A stretch of 63,798 nt of DNA, counting the filler. It is 4 parts of 4 records of this genome, joined end to end, with 100 filler letters (N's around TTAATTAATTAA, not from the genome) between each part and the next. Parts side by side here need not be neighbours in the genome. Positions count along the whole stretch, not along the records: positions 1 to 21,855 come from SRR31156797_1742; 3 more parts are not named here. The stretch is one strand, 5' to 3'. A model generated the notes under the pieces. The model ran no database searches, was not told the origin of the DNA, and worked only from the letters and a program-made list of their open reading frames with translations. The position numbers and the translations under genes are program-made. This document shows positions 1 to 10,504 of this stretch, one piece after another. Positions within the stretch are counted from its first letter, which is position 1. Every line of letters begins with the position of its first letter.

Positions 1-28
1 GTCATCGGTTCGAGTCCGGTCCCCGCTA
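1..28 (+). tRNA. 3' part of a tRNA, probably tRNA-Met (initiator-like); truncated by contig start
   Basis: T-arm ATCGG-TTCGAGT-CCGGT followed by acceptor strand CCCCGCT-A. The anticodon is outside the window, so identity is inferred from the acceptor strand only. Confidence 0.75.
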
Positions 29-34
29 CTTTCG

Positions 35-66
35 AAAGGCTTTGAATTTATTCAAAGCCTTTTTTT
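35..66 (+). terminator. Intrinsic terminator after the tRNA
   Basis: AAAGGCTTTGAA-ttta-TTCAAAGCCTTT followed by a T run. Confidence 0.8.
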
Positions 67-107
67 ATTCCATCCATTTAAAGACTCTTTAATTAAGTGA
101 TTTCTGT

Positions 108-115
108 TACCTTTG
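108..115 (+). promoter_or_regulatory. Bacteroidota primary-sigma -7 promoter element
   Basis: TACCTTTG matches TAnnTTTG, 25 nt upstream of the ATG at 141. Confidence 0.6.
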
Positions 116-140
116 CGTAAATATTTTAGATTCTTTCACT

Positions 141-1013
141 ATGAGTCAGTTAAAAGAGAAAACTCCTTTATTAGAAAAATTAAAGAATAAATACAGGCTA
201 ACTATCTCTAACGAAGCCACTTTTGATGAAGCACTTTCAATTCGATTGTCTCGCTTGAATGTTTTTACCGTAACGGGTGTATTTTCCATTCTTCTTATTG
301 CTTTGGTAACTTTATTGATAGCGTTTACGCCACTTCGAGAGTATATTCCTGGGTATCCTGATGGTGAAATGAGAAGAAATATAGAACAAAACTCGGTTCT
401 TGTTGATTCACTAATTCTTGAATTGGAAAAAAGGGATCAGTTTTTTAATGGAATTCGAAATGTTATCTCTGGTAACGATTTTGATAATGTAAGTCAGAGT
501 GCTTCAGATACAATTGTCGATCCTAAATATAAAAACTTAAGTTTTACGAAATCAGCCTCCGATTCTATATTTCGAAAGGAACATGAGGAAGATGAAAAGT
601 ACAATTTAACCTTAGACGATGCTCCAAAATCGAAAGGCTTATCGAATATTCATTTCTTTGCTCCTATAAAGGGAATGATATCCAATCATTACAATAATAA
701 AATGGAACATTACGGCACTGACATTGTTGGTGGTGTAAATGAAAGAATTTCGTCGATTTTGGATGGAACGGTAATTTTTTCGGAATGGACATTGAATACC
801 GGTTATGTGATACAGATTCAACATTCAAACAATTTGTTATCTGTTTACAAGCACAATTCGGAGCTGTTAAAGAAAGCTGGAGAGAGAGTTAAAGCTGGTG
901 AAGCAATTGCCCTGTTGGGAAATTCTGGTGAGTTAACTTCTGGTCCGCATCTTCATTTTGAATTGTGGCACAACGGAAGACCTTTGAATCCGGAAGATTA
1001 TATAAAATTCTAA
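141..1013 (+). CDS. M23 family metallopeptidase
   Basis: N-terminal TM helix and coiled coil; HYGTD (HxxxD) and GPHLHFE motifs. Confidence 0.92.
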   Translation: MSQLKEKTPLLEKLKNKYRLTISNEATFDEALSIRLSRLNVFTVTGVFSILLIALVTLLIAFTPLREYIPGYPDGEMRRNIEQNSVLVDSLILELEKRDQFFNGIRNVISGNDFDNVSQSASDTIVDPKYKNLSFTKSASDSIFRKEHEEDEKYNLTLDDAPKSKGLSNIHFFAPIKGMISNHYNNKMEHYGTDIVGGVNERISSILDGTVIFSEWTLNTGYVIQIQHSNNLLSVYKHNSELLKKAGERVKAGEAIALLGNSGELTSGPHLHFELWHNGRPLNPEDYIKF

Positions 1014-1033
1014 AAACAAAACTCAAAATATTA

Positions 1034-2182
1034 ATGAGCAAACATATTGCTATTCTGGGATCAACTGGTTCCATTGGGACACAAACGCTAGAGGTGGTTG
1101 AGGCGAATCCGGAAGAATTTACAGTAGATGTTTTAACGGCAAATAATAATGTTGAACTTCTAATTGAGCAGGCAATTAAATTTAAACCAGATGTGGTTGT
1201 TATTGCTTGTGAAGAAAAATACCTTCAAATTTCCGATGCTTTAAAAGATGAACCGATAAAGGTTTATGCTGGTCATGATGCTATTGCACAGGTTGTGCAA
1301 ATGGGAGCGATTGATATTGTTGTTACGGCGATGGTTGGTTATTCAGGATTACTCCCTACAATTAATGCAATTAAAGCCAGAAAGAATATTGCTTTGGCAA
1401 ATAAGGAAACTTTGGTAGTGGCAGGTGAAATCATTCAGAAATTAGCATTGGAATATGGCGTTAGTATTTATCCGGTAGATTCCGAACATTCGGCAATTTT
1501 TCAATGTTTGATGGGAGAGTTTGACAATCCTATCGAGAAAATTTATCTGACTGCATCGGGAGGACCTTTTAGAGGGAAGGATAAAAAGTTTTTGGAATCA
1601 GTTACATCCAAACAAGCACTTAAGCATCCCAACTGGGATATGGGAGCGAAAATTACTATTGATTCTGCAAGTATGATGAATAAAGGTTTTGAGGCAATCG
1701 AAGCCAAATGGTTGTTCGATTTGCGTCCAGATCAGGTTGATGTTATTGTACATCATCAATCCATTGTTCATTCTGTTGTTCAGTTCCAGGATGGATCGAT
1801 GAAAGCGCAAATGGGTTTACCTGATATGAAACTTCCTATTCAGTTTGCTATGACGTATCCCAAAAGACTAAAAACAGATTTCCCACGATTTAATTTCATG
1901 GATTATCCAGAGTTGAGTTTTTCAACTGCAGATTCTGAGAATTTTAGAAACTTAGCCTTAGCTTACGAAGCCATGAACAAAGGTGGGAATTTACCTTGTA
2001 TTATAAATGCAGCGAACGAGATTGTCGTCGATGCTTTTTTGAGAGATCAGGTTGGTTTCTTACAAATGAGTGATATTATTGAATCATGTATGCTTAAAGC
2101 AGATTTTATAAAAAATCCTACTTATGAGGATTATGTATTTACAGATACTGAAGCTCGTAAATTAGCCCAATCAATGTTGTAA
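1034..2182 (+). CDS. dxr: 1-deoxy-D-xylulose-5-phosphate reductoisomerase
   Basis: LGSTGSIG, LANKE, PVDSEH, LTASGGPF and HPNWDMGAKITIDSA motifs; start set at ATG 1034 (MSKHIAILG). Confidence 0.97.
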   Translation: MSKHIAILGSTGSIGTQTLEVVEANPEEFTVDVLTANNNVELLIEQAIKFKPDVVVIACEEKYLQISDALKDEPIKVYAGHDAIAQVVQMGAIDIVVTAMVGYSGLLPTINAIKARKNIALANKETLVVAGEIIQKLALEYGVSIYPVDSEHSAIFQCLMGEFDNPIEKIYLTASGGPFRGKDKKFLESVTSKQALKHPNWDMGAKITIDSASMMNKGFEAIEAKWLFDLRPDQVDVIVHHQSIVHSVVQFQDGSMKAQMGLPDMKLPIQFAMTYPKRLKTDFPRFNFMDYPELSFSTADSENFRNLALAYEAMNKGGNLPCIINAANEIVVDAFLRDQVGFLQMSDIIESCMLKADFIKNPTYEDYVFTDTEARKLAQSML

Positions 2183-2261
2183 AAAATACCTATCTTAGGC
2201 AGCCTTGAAAAAAGCCGTAAATGGATTAGGTGTATTGATGAAATTATTTAATTAAAATTGA

Positions 2262-3617
2262 ATGGAAGTATTAGTTAAAATAGGACAATTTTTATTGAGT
2301 TTGTCCATCTTGGTGGTGTTACATGAATTAGGACACTTTGCCTTTGCTAAATTATTTAAAACCAGAGTTGAAAAATTCTATATGTTTTTCAATCCTGGAT
2401 TTTCACTTTTTAAATTTAAAAAAGGCGATACCGAATATGGTATTGGGTGGATTCCCTTGGGAGGATATGTGAAGATATCAGGAATGATTGACGAATCAAT
2501 GGATAAGGAGCAAATGGCATTGCCTCCAAAACCTTATGAATTTAGATCGAAACCTGCATGGCAGCGTTTACTGATTATGGTTGGTGGAGTTTTGGTGAAT
2601 TTTATATTGGCATTTGTAATTTATATTGCGGTATTGTTTGCCTGGGGTGAGCAGTATTTACCTGCTGAAAATGCAAAATATGGTGTCGTTTGCGATTCAT
2701 TATCTCATAGCATTGGTCTTGAGGATGGTGATATAATTGTAGCTTTGGATAATCAGAAATTGGAGCGATTTTCTCAGATTGTCCCAAAAGTTATTTTGAA
2801 CCGTCCAGCTAGTATGCAAGTTATTCGCGATGGAGTGAATACTGATATTCAAATTCCTTCCTCATTTGTACCTGAATTGCTAGAGCGAAGTAGTAAGAAA
2901 TTTGCTGTCGATCCATCAATTCAATTGCGAAGACCTTTTCATCCTTATAAGATTGCTAAAGTAGCAAAGGATTCTCCTGCGAAATTAGCTGGTCTTAAAA
3001 AGAATGATGAGATTAAAAATATAGATGGTTTGGATTTTGAATTCTTTAATGAATTCCAAAATTACATGAAAACCAAAGCAGACAAGGAAGTTCAAGTTTT
3101 GGTTCTTAGAGATAAAAAAGAAATCTCATTGAATGTAACTTTAACTGATGAAGGTCTTCTAGGGATTAGAGGTGGATCTGATGTAAATCAGTTCGAATAT
3201 GAGACAATTAAATATAGTTTTGCTGAAGCCATTCCTGCAGGAATTAATAAAGGATTAGATAAGTTAGGAGAATACGTACAGCAATTCAGTCTTATTTTCG
3301 ATAAAGAGGTTAAAGGATATAAATCAATAGGTGGATTTGGAACTATTGGTAGTATTTTTCCTCCGGTTTGGGATTGGCATGCATTCTGGAATCTAACAGC
3401 ATTTTTGTCTATTATTTTAGCAATAATGAATATTTTACCTATCCCAGCTCTTGATGGAGGACATGTGTTGTTCTTGTTTTATGAAATTATTACCGGTCGT
3501 AAACCTGGAGATAAATTTTTGGAATATGCACAAATGGTAGGAATGGTCCTTTTGTTTGGATTGTTAATTTTTGCCAATGCCAACGATGTGATGAAATGGA
3601 TTTCTAGTTGGAAATAG
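2262..3617 (+). CDS. rseP: RIP intramembrane metalloprotease RseP with PDZ domains
   Basis: HELGH zinc motif, NILPIPALDGG, PDZ-like centre, position after dxr. Confidence 0.95.
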   Translation: MEVLVKIGQFLLSLSILVVLHELGHFAFAKLFKTRVEKFYMFFNPGFSLFKFKKGDTEYGIGWIPLGGYVKISGMIDESMDKEQMALPPKPYEFRSKPAWQRLLIMVGGVLVNFILAFVIYIAVLFAWGEQYLPAENAKYGVVCDSLSHSIGLEDGDIIVALDNQKLERFSQIVPKVILNRPASMQVIRDGVNTDIQIPSSFVPELLERSSKKFAVDPSIQLRRPFHPYKIAKVAKDSPAKLAGLKKNDEIKNIDGLDFEFFNEFQNYMKTKADKEVQVLVLRDKKEISLNVTLTDEGLLGIRGGSDVNQFEYETIKYSFAEAIPAGINKGLDKLGEYVQQFSLIFDKEVKGYKSIGGFGTIGSIFPPVWDWHAFWNLTAFLSIILAIMNILPIPALDGGHVLFLFYEIITGRKPGDKFLEYAQMVGMVLLFGLLIFANANDVMKWISSWK

Positions 3618-3671
3618 AAATTAGACTAAAAATGCTAACTTAGCGGTATAAAACAATAAAACTCAATAGAT

Positions 3672-3869
3672 ATGAACCTTTTTGTAATAGCCGGAATGAT
3701 CGGTCCCTGGCAAATCGTTATTATTGTATTCGTAATTGTACTTCTTTTTGGAGGGAAAAAAATTCCAGAACTAATGAAAGGATTAGGACAGGGAATGAAG
3801 GAGTTTAAAAAAGCTACAGACCTTGAAGATAAAGACAAGGATAAAGATACAGAGTCAAAGGACAAATAA
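3672..3869 (+). CDS. tatA: Twin-arginine translocase TatA/TatE subunit
   Basis: TM helix then [25 protein letters not shown] and a charged tail. Confidence 0.95.
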   Translation: MNLFVIAGMIGPWQIVIIVFVIVLLFGGKKIPELMKGLGQGMKEFKKATDLEDKDKDKDTESKDK

Positions 3870-3872
3870 ATG

Positions 3873-3899
3873 AAAGGCAGGTTTTATCCTGCCTTTTTT
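3873..3899 (+). terminator. Intrinsic terminator after tatA
   Basis: AAAGGCAGG...CCTGCCTTT plus T run. Confidence 0.7.
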
Positions 3900-4034
3900 A
3901 ATGAATTCAAGTCAAGTTCTAAACTATAACTAAGTTTTTCGTTTGAAATTTGATCTATCATTTGGATGGTACTTGTAATTTAATTATTTTCAATTCGAAT
4001 TTCGATAATCCGAAACCTATAACCTCTATTTTGC

Positions 4035-5483
4035 ATGAAGAAATATTTACTTCTTTTTCTGATTTGTTTTATTGGAAGTGCTCAGTTATTTGCGCAATCT
4101 CCTTTTCGTATACTGCATAAGGAAAAACCAGAAAACTTAAATGAAATAAATCAGCGCTTGATCTATTTTACAGATGAAATGTTGAAAGAAGAATTGCCTA
4201 ACAATACAATTCTTGATGCAAATTTTATTCCCGTATTTTCTGATGAGGTATATAAGGAAAGGATGAGAAAATTGGATGATCAAACTCCAATTGCTTTGGA
4301 TTTTAAGCCTGTGGTTAGAAGACATATTGAGGCTTACGCTGTTCGTCATCGTGAGAAAACTGGAAGAATAATGGAACGATCAGAATTGTACTTTCCTTTA
4401 TTTGAAGAGTGTCTTGATAAATATGGACTTCCTCTGGAGTTAAAATATTTATCGGTAATTGAATCGGCACTTGATCCAAAAGCAAAATCTCGATCAGGAG
4501 CAATGGGTTTATGGCAATTCATGTACAACTCATGCAAGATGTTCGATCTTAGAGTTACATCTTATATCGATGAAAGAATGGATCCGGAAAAATCGACAGA
4601 AGCAGCTTGCCGATATTTACAATATCTGCATAGAATTTTTGGCGATTGGCAATTGGCTATAGCAGCATATAACGGTGGACCAGGAGTTGTTCGAGATGCA
4701 ATTCAACGTTCTGGCGGGAAAACAGATTTTTGGGCTATCTCTCCTTATTTGCCGCAGCAAACTAGGAATTATGTGCCTGCATTTATTGCAGCCAATTATA
4801 TTATGAATTACAATAGAGAGCACAATATTATTTCAGGCACCTACGATCATCCGTACTTTAGAATTTCACCTGTAAATGTCAAAAAACAAATTTTTTTCAA
4901 AAATGTTGCTTTGGCAATAGATATTCCTTTGGAAGATTTGCGAAAGTTGAATCCAATTTACAAGCGAGATGTTATACCTGTAAGTGAATTACCTGCAAAA
5001 TTGGTTTTGCCAGCTGAAAAAATTGGTTCTTTTATTGATCATGAAGAGCAGATTTACGCCATGACCAATGAGCCTAAAAAATATATGGAGTTGCAAAAGG
5101 AGCTTTCATCTACCAAAGGAAAATATTGTATAGTCCATGTGGTTAAATCAGGAGAATATTTTCATAAAATTGCGATGAAATATTCCTGTACAACTCACAA
5201 TATAATGGATTGGAATAAACTTAAAAGTCAGGATATTTATGTTGGTCAACGATTAAAAGTTTGGGTTGTACCTTCCGATGAAATTGCACAAAAACCCAAT
5301 AGAGAACCATTAATAAAGAAGAGTAAATTTTTGCTTTATGAGGTTCAGGAAGGTGATAGCTTACAATCTATAGCAAATCAATTTGAAGTAAAATCATTGG
5401 ACGACCTGGTTGAAATAAATAGTATGAATGACAAATCATCAGTAGTGCCAGGTACGATATTGAAAATAGTTCAATACGAATAG
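4035..5483 (+). CDS. MltD-like lytic transglycosylase with two LysM domains
   Basis: IESAL, GAMGLWQFM and AAYNGG SLT motifs; HVVKSGE and YEVQEGDSL LysM starts; signal peptide. Confidence 0.9.
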   Translation: MKKYLLLFLICFIGSAQLFAQSPFRILHKEKPENLNEINQRLIYFTDEMLKEELPNNTILDANFIPVFSDEVYKERMRKLDDQTPIALDFKPVVRRHIEAYAVRHREKTGRIMERSELYFPLFEECLDKYGLPLELKYLSVIESALDPKAKSRSGAMGLWQFMYNSCKMFDLRVTSYIDERMDPEKSTEAACRYLQYLHRIFGDWQLAIAAYNGGPGVVRDAIQRSGGKTDFWAISPYLPQQTRNYVPAFIAANYIMNYNREHNIISGTYDHPYFRISPVNVKKQIFFKNVALAIDIPLEDLRKLNPIYKRDVIPVSELPAKLVLPAEKIGSFIDHEEQIYAMTNEPKKYMELQKELSSTKGKYCIVHVVKSGEYFHKIAMKYSCTTHNIMDWNKLKSQDIYVGQRLKVWVVPSDEIAQKPNREPLIKKSKFLLYEVQEGDSLQSIANQFEVKSLDDLVEINSMNDKSSVVPGTILKIVQYE

Positions 5484-5508
5484 AAAGAAATCAAAAAAAC
5501 ATCTAGTT

Positions 5509-6504
5509 ATGAAAAAAATAATTCACATTACACTTATCTGCATACTGGTATTAACAGCTGCAGTTTCTTGTAAAAAAACAACCAAAGGATTACGACCTGT
5601 TGTAACGGGCGCTTCAGGAGAACTTCTGATTTTGGTGAATGATGCCCTGTGGGAAGGTGCTGTTGGTGATACTTTAAAAAGTATTATTGCCGATTATCAA
5701 GTTGGTTTACCACAAAATGAACCATTATTTGATATTCTTCATCTTAATCACAATGCATTTGGTACTATGTTTAAAACCCATAGAAGTATTCTCGACTTAA
5801 GAGTTTCAACTAAGGTTAAAGAAAATGGAATTGCGGTAAAGGATGAGTTTTATGCAAAAACTCAATCTTTTATGAAGATTGAGACTGATACCAAAAAGGC
5901 GATGATCGATTTGCTTACTGAAAATAGAATTAAAATTCTTTCGTATTTCTTATTAGGTGAAAGAAATAGAAAGATTAAAACCATTAAAAAGAATGTTGTT
6001 CAGGAAGTATATGAAAAGGTGAAAGAGAAATATGATATTACCTTATCATTTCCTGGTGGATATACCATAAATAAAGAAGAAGGTGATTTCTTATGGATAA
6101 GTAATGAAACTCCAACAACTAGTCAGGGAATGTTTATTTATTCATTTGAGTACTTGTCAGAGGATATGTTTTCTAAAGAGTCTATTTTGCAAAGAAGAAA
6201 TGCTCTATTAAAGAATTACGTGCCTGGTCCTACCAAAGGTAGCTATATGAGTACAGAAGAAGAATTCCCAATTTCGTATCGTCAATTTGAATTTGATGGT
6301 AATTATGCTTGCGAATTAAGAGGATTGTGGAAAGTTGAAAATGATTTTATGGGAGGTCCATTTGTTAGCATTACTTACTTGGACGAAAAGGCAAATAGAA
6401 TTGTATGTCTTGATTCTTATGTGTACTATCCAAACAACAACAAACGAGAAATGTTACGTGAATTGGAAGCAATCATGTACACTTTTGTAGATTTGAATAA
6501 ATAA
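5509..6504 (+). CDS. DUF4837-family lipoprotein
   Basis: Lipobox AVSC; GLPQNEP and ELRGLW..ENDFMGGPF motifs; usual neighbour of mltD in Bacteroidota. Confidence 0.8.
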   Translation: MKKIIHITLICILVLTAAVSCKKTTKGLRPVVTGASGELLILVNDALWEGAVGDTLKSIIADYQVGLPQNEPLFDILHLNHNAFGTMFKTHRSILDLRVSTKVKENGIAVKDEFYAKTQSFMKIETDTKKAMIDLLTENRIKILSYFLLGERNRKIKTIKKNVVQEVYEKVKEKYDITLSFPGGYTINKEEGDFLWISNETPTTSQGMFIYSFEYLSEDMFSKESILQRRNALLKNYVPGPTKGSYMSTEEEFPISYRQFEFDGNYACELRGLWKVENDFMGGPFVSITYLDEKANRIVCLDSYVYYPNNNKREMLRELEAIMYTFVDLNK

Positions 6505-6517
6505 AAATTATCATCAT

Positions 6518-6898
6518 ATGAAATTACCCGATTACAAAAACCTTAGTATCGAACCCTATCGGGATCGTGAGGAAATTATTCGGCAAGTTGCAGCACAAAT
6601 CGAGAAAGATTTTGCGCAATTTGGACTTGAGGTTCAATTTTCGGGTGATATTAATTATGCATACGAAGAGTTGTACTCGCAACTAAAGGAACACTTAATA
6701 TGGTTGATGGATCGAGATTATCATCGGTTGATTCTTTTATTGTATCAAATAGATTTGAACGAAAAACAGGTTATTCAAGCAGAATTAAAATATCCGGATG
6801 TACCAAAATCAGATCTTTTAGCAGAACTGGTAATTCTTCGGGAATTGAAAAAAGTATTAATCAGGAATTACTTTAAAGAAAACCCTGATAAACTATAA
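6518..6898 (+). CDS. Hypothetical protein
   Basis: 126-aa ORF in operon spacing; LLYQIDLNE...ILRELKKV pattern. Confidence 0.75.
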   Translation: MKLPDYKNLSIEPYRDREEIIRQVAAQIEKDFAQFGLEVQFSGDINYAYEELYSQLKEHLIWLMDRDYHRLILLLYQIDLNEKQVIQAELKYPDVPKSDLLAELVILRELKKVLIRNYFKENPDKL

Positions 6899-6905
6899 TT
6901 ACAGA

Positions 6906-6935
6906 ACCGTAGCCAAAAGCTGCGGTTTTCTTTTT
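6906..6935 (+). terminator. Intrinsic terminator
   Basis: AACCGTAGC-caaaa-GCTGCGGTT followed by a T-rich run. Confidence 0.7.
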
Positions 6936-7048
6936 GCATTAAATCGAAGAGATCATATTCTTTTTACTATTTTTACTAGACTCCTAAATTTTTAGGGAAA
7001 TATTAATTGAACTCATTAGCTTAGTTCTAATCTTTAATATTATAATTC

Positions 7049-8488
7049 ATGAATTTAGAACTTATAAAATTCGATAAATCAGTGGATAATGATAATGTTA
7101 TTTATTTGTCAACCATTGAGAACTACAAAAATTTACCACTCTCTGATGTGGAATTGCACTACCTTATCCAACAGGTAGATCAGGACATAAAATTGATTGA
7201 AATAAATCGATATTCTCATAAGATTTTTGTTTATGTGTCAGACACTAAAATTTATAGCAGTAAGGATTATGAAAAAATGAGAAAATTGGGATTTAGTTTA
7301 CATGCTAAAATCCAGGAAAGTAAAATTTCAAAAGTAAGTATTGTTGATCACCTATTGGAAAAAGAGGCAGTGTTGCCCTTTGTAGAAGGGCTTTCGTTGA
7401 CTAATTATCAATTTATTAAATATTTAAAAGATACTAGCAAAGTAAAGCATTACCTTACTGAGCTTCATCTCCAAAGTGAGGTGGTTTCAGAAGCTGATTT
7501 GGAAGAATTGCAGGCAGTTTGCGAAGGTGTAAAAAATGCTCGAGAATTGGTAAATGAACCTTTGAGTTATCTTACCGCAAAAAAGCTTAGTGAAGAGATT
7601 GAAAGAATGGGTAAGGAATCCGGATTCTCAGTAGATATTCTTGAAATGAATAAAATTCAGAGCTTAAAAATGGGAGGTTTGTTAGCTGTAAATAAAGGCA
7701 GTTTGGATGGACCTACTTTTTCAATTCTGGAATGGAAACCGGAAAATGCTGCGAATTCAGCGCCAATTGTTCTGGTTGGGAAAGGAATTGTATACGATAC
7801 AGGAGGATTAAGTCTGAAGCCAACTAAGGATAGTATGGATTTGATGAAATCTGATATGGGAGGTGCCGCTTCAGTTGCTGGAGCATTGTATGCAGTTTCG
7901 AAAGCAAAACTCCCGGTACATGTTATTGGTTTAATTCCAGCTACCGACAATCGACCTAGTGGCAATGCTTATGTACCAGGTGATATCATCACCATGTACA
8001 ATGGCTTAACGGTTGAAGTTTTAAATACCGATGCCGAAGGACGTTTAATATTGGCAGATGCATTGAGTTACGCCAAGAAGTATGATCCTGAATTTGTTGT
8101 TGATTTGGCTACTCTTACAGGTGCTGCGGCAGTTGCAATAGGAAAGTATGGTCTTGTTGCCATGGGAAATGAGGATAGTGCTCTTAATATGAAAAAGCTG
8201 AAAGAATCGGGTGAAAAAGTTTACGAAAGAGTTGTGGAATTTCCATTTTGGGATGAATTTGGTGAACTGATTAAATCGGATATTGCAGATCTTAAGAATA
8301 TGGGTGGCAGAGATGGTGGAGCCATTACTGCAGGAAAATTCCTGGAGCATTTTACAGATTACCCTTGGATACACATTGATATTGCAGGTCCTGCTTTTTT
8401 AGGTGGAATGGATAATTACAGAGGTAAAGGAGGTACAGGTACGGGTGTGCGCCTGCTTTATGACTTTATTAAAAATTATCAATCATAA
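7049..8488 (+). CDS. pepA: Leucyl aminopeptidase (M17)
   Basis: VGKGIVYDTGG, MKSDMGGAA, NTDAEGRL and DLATLTGA motifs. Confidence 0.95.
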   Translation: MNLELIKFDKSVDNDNVIYLSTIENYKNLPLSDVELHYLIQQVDQDIKLIEINRYSHKIFVYVSDTKIYSSKDYEKMRKLGFSLHAKIQESKISKVSIVDHLLEKEAVLPFVEGLSLTNYQFIKYLKDTSKVKHYLTELHLQSEVVSEADLEELQAVCEGVKNARELVNEPLSYLTAKKLSEEIERMGKESGFSVDILEMNKIQSLKMGGLLAVNKGSLDGPTFSILEWKPENAANSAPIVLVGKGIVYDTGGLSLKPTKDSMDLMKSDMGGAASVAGALYAVSKAKLPVHVIGLIPATDNRPSGNAYVPGDIITMYNGLTVEVLNTDAEGRLILADALSYAKKYDPEFVVDLATLTGAAAVAIGKYGLVAMGNEDSALNMKKLKESGEKVYERVVEFPFWDEFGELIKSDIADLKNMGGRDGGAITAGKFLEHFTDYPWIHIDIAGPAFLGGMDNYRGKGGTGTGVRLLYDFIKNYQS

Positions 8489-8528
8489 GGAATCCTGAAA
8501 AACATGGTTGTGATTAGATGATTCTTTA

Positions 8529-8536
8529 TATTTTTG
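8529..8536 (+). promoter_or_regulatory. Possible Bacteroidota -7 element for pdxA
   Basis: TATTTTTG matches TAnnTTTG in the intergenic region. Confidence 0.4.
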
Positions 8537-8675
8537 TAATCGCAGATTTTATTGTTTTTCTTTTGGATTACAATATCTTGCATTGGAGTTGTACATGTAA
8601 TTGATAATAACTCAAAAATTATAGATTGCGAAGGATTTAGATTTTTTGTGATTGAAAAATGAACGATTTAGACAG

Positions 8676-9734
8676 ATGAAAAATACAAAGATAAAAGTAG
8701 GAATAACACACGGTGATATTAATGGAATTGGTTACGAAGTGATAATAAAATCACTAATGGACAATCGAATTTTTGAGATTTGTACTCCTATTATTTACGG
8801 TTCGCCAAAAGTGGCAGCCTATCACCGAAAGGCATTAAATATAGATAATTTCAGTCTGAACAATATTAAGGAAGCACATGAGGCTCATCCTAAAAGAGCC
8901 AATATTATCAATTGTGTAGATGAGAATGTAAAAGTGGAATTGGGAAAATCCAGTCGTAGTGCCGGTACTTCTGCCTTTCAGTCTTTGGAAGCTGCTGTTG
9001 CAGATCTTAAAAAAGGTGCAATTGATGTATTAATTACGGCTCCAATTAATAAAAAAAATATTCAATCCAAGGATTTTGAATTTCCTGGGCATACCGAATA
9101 TCTAGAAAGTAAATTGGAATCAGGAAAATCATTAATGTTGCTATTGAGTGACAAGCTTCGTGTTGGAGTTGTGGCTGGACATGTTCCAATTGCAGATGTT
9201 CCTAAGAAAATTACCAAAGAGGCAATTCTTGAGAAATTAGAAATTCTGAATACTTCTTTGCTTAAAGATTTTGGAATTCAACGACCTAAGATCGCTGTTC
9301 TTAGCTTAAATCCTCATGCTGGTGATGATGGATTAATAGGAATGGAAGAGAAAGAAATTATTAATCCTGCTCTTGATGAGGCTAGAAAGAATAGCATTAT
9401 GGCTTTAGGTCCATTTCCTGCAGATGGATTCTTTGGATCTGATGATTATAAAAAGTTCGATGCTATTTTAGCGATGTATCACGATCAGGGATTAGCTCCA
9501 TTTAAAGCATTGGCGTTTGATTCAGGTGTGAATTTTACAGCTGGCTTATCAGGAATTCGTACTTCTCCTGCTCATGGTACTGCCTACTCAATTGCAGGAA
9601 CCAATGTGGCATCAGAAACTTCTTTCCGCGAAGCCTTGTATTTAGCTATCGATATTCATAAAAATAGAGATCGATTCGAAGAGGCAACAAAAAATCCACT
9701 TAAACCTGCAGAAAGTGTAAAAAATATTCAGTAA
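8676..9734 (+). CDS. pdxA: 4-hydroxythreonine-4-phosphate dehydrogenase
   Basis: GDINGIG, TAPINK, FPGHTEYL, LNPHAGD, MYHDQGL and RTSPAHGTA motifs. Confidence 0.95.
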   Translation: MKNTKIKVGITHGDINGIGYEVIIKSLMDNRIFEICTPIIYGSPKVAAYHRKALNIDNFSLNNIKEAHEAHPKRANIINCVDENVKVELGKSSRSAGTSAFQSLEAAVADLKKGAIDVLITAPINKKNIQSKDFEFPGHTEYLESKLESGKSLMLLLSDKLRVGVVAGHVPIADVPKKITKEAILEKLEILNTSLLKDFGIQRPKIAVLSLNPHAGDDGLIGMEEKEIINPALDEARKNSIMALGPFPADGFFGSDDYKKFDAILAMYHDQGLAPFKALAFDSGVNFTAGLSGIRTSPAHGTAYSIAGTNVASETSFREALYLAIDIHKNRDRFEEATKNPLKPAESVKNIQ

Positions 9735-9876
9735 AAAATTAAACAATATTAAAGAAAGAGCGGTTAAATGTAAATCGCTCTTTCTTTTTTTGTTAAAAGC
9801 TGAATATCATTATTAAAATTGCATATTTTTACATATTTTAAGTTTTTCAAAATTTGAAATAGCCAATTCATAATTT

Positions 9877-10458
9877 ATGTTTGAGTACATTAAAGGAGAT
9901 CTTGCCGATCTAACACCCACATCTGCAGTTATCGATAACAATGGTATCGGATACTTTCTGAACATTTCATTGAATACATATTCTAAATTATCTGGGCACA
10001 ATACTGCTCATTTATATCTTCATCAGGTAATTCGAGACGATGCACATTTACTTTTTGGATTTATTGATGATAAGGAAAGACAGATTTTTCGTCATTTAAT
10101 TTCGGTTTCAGGAGTTGGGGCCAATACTGCCCGAGTGATGTTGTCTTCTCTTACGCCACCAGAAATACAAACTGCAATTTTATCGAATAATGCCAAAACA
10201 TTGCAGGGGGTAAAAGGAATTGGAGCCAAATCGGCACAACGAATTATAATTGAGTTGAAGGATAAGTTGGGTAAAGATTCTGATATCTCTGAAATTTCGC
10301 TTCTTCAAGACAATACAAGTAAAGATGAAGCGTTATCAGCATTAGTAATGTTGGGTTTCGCAAAAAATGCTGTTTCAAAAGTTATAGATAAATTGTATAA
10401 GCAAAATCCAGCATCAAGTGTTGAAGAATTAATCAAATTGGCTCTGAAACAATTGTAA
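9877..10458 (+). CDS. ruvA: Holliday junction branch migration protein
   Basis: LISVSGVGANTA and GVKGIGAKSAQRIIIELKDK HhH motifs; C-terminal EALSALVMLGF. Confidence 0.97.
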   Translation: MFEYIKGDLADLTPTSAVIDNNGIGYFLNISLNTYSKLSGHNTAHLYLHQVIRDDAHLLFGFIDDKERQIFRHLISVSGVGANTARVMLSSLTPPEIQTAILSNNAKTLQGVKGIGAKSAQRIIIELKDKLGKDSDISEISLLQDNTSKDEALSALVMLGFAKNAVSKVIDKLYKQNPASSVEELIKLALKQL

Positions 10459-10504
10459 TAAATCAACGTAATTGCTTTACTAACCTAAGGTAATCTAACT
10501 AGAA

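Noticed and set aside
1-66. tRNA 3' end as a possible att site of an integrated element
   Set aside because: It is followed by a normal terminator and housekeeping genes, with no integrase or second copy; most likely a contig break in a multicopy tRNA.
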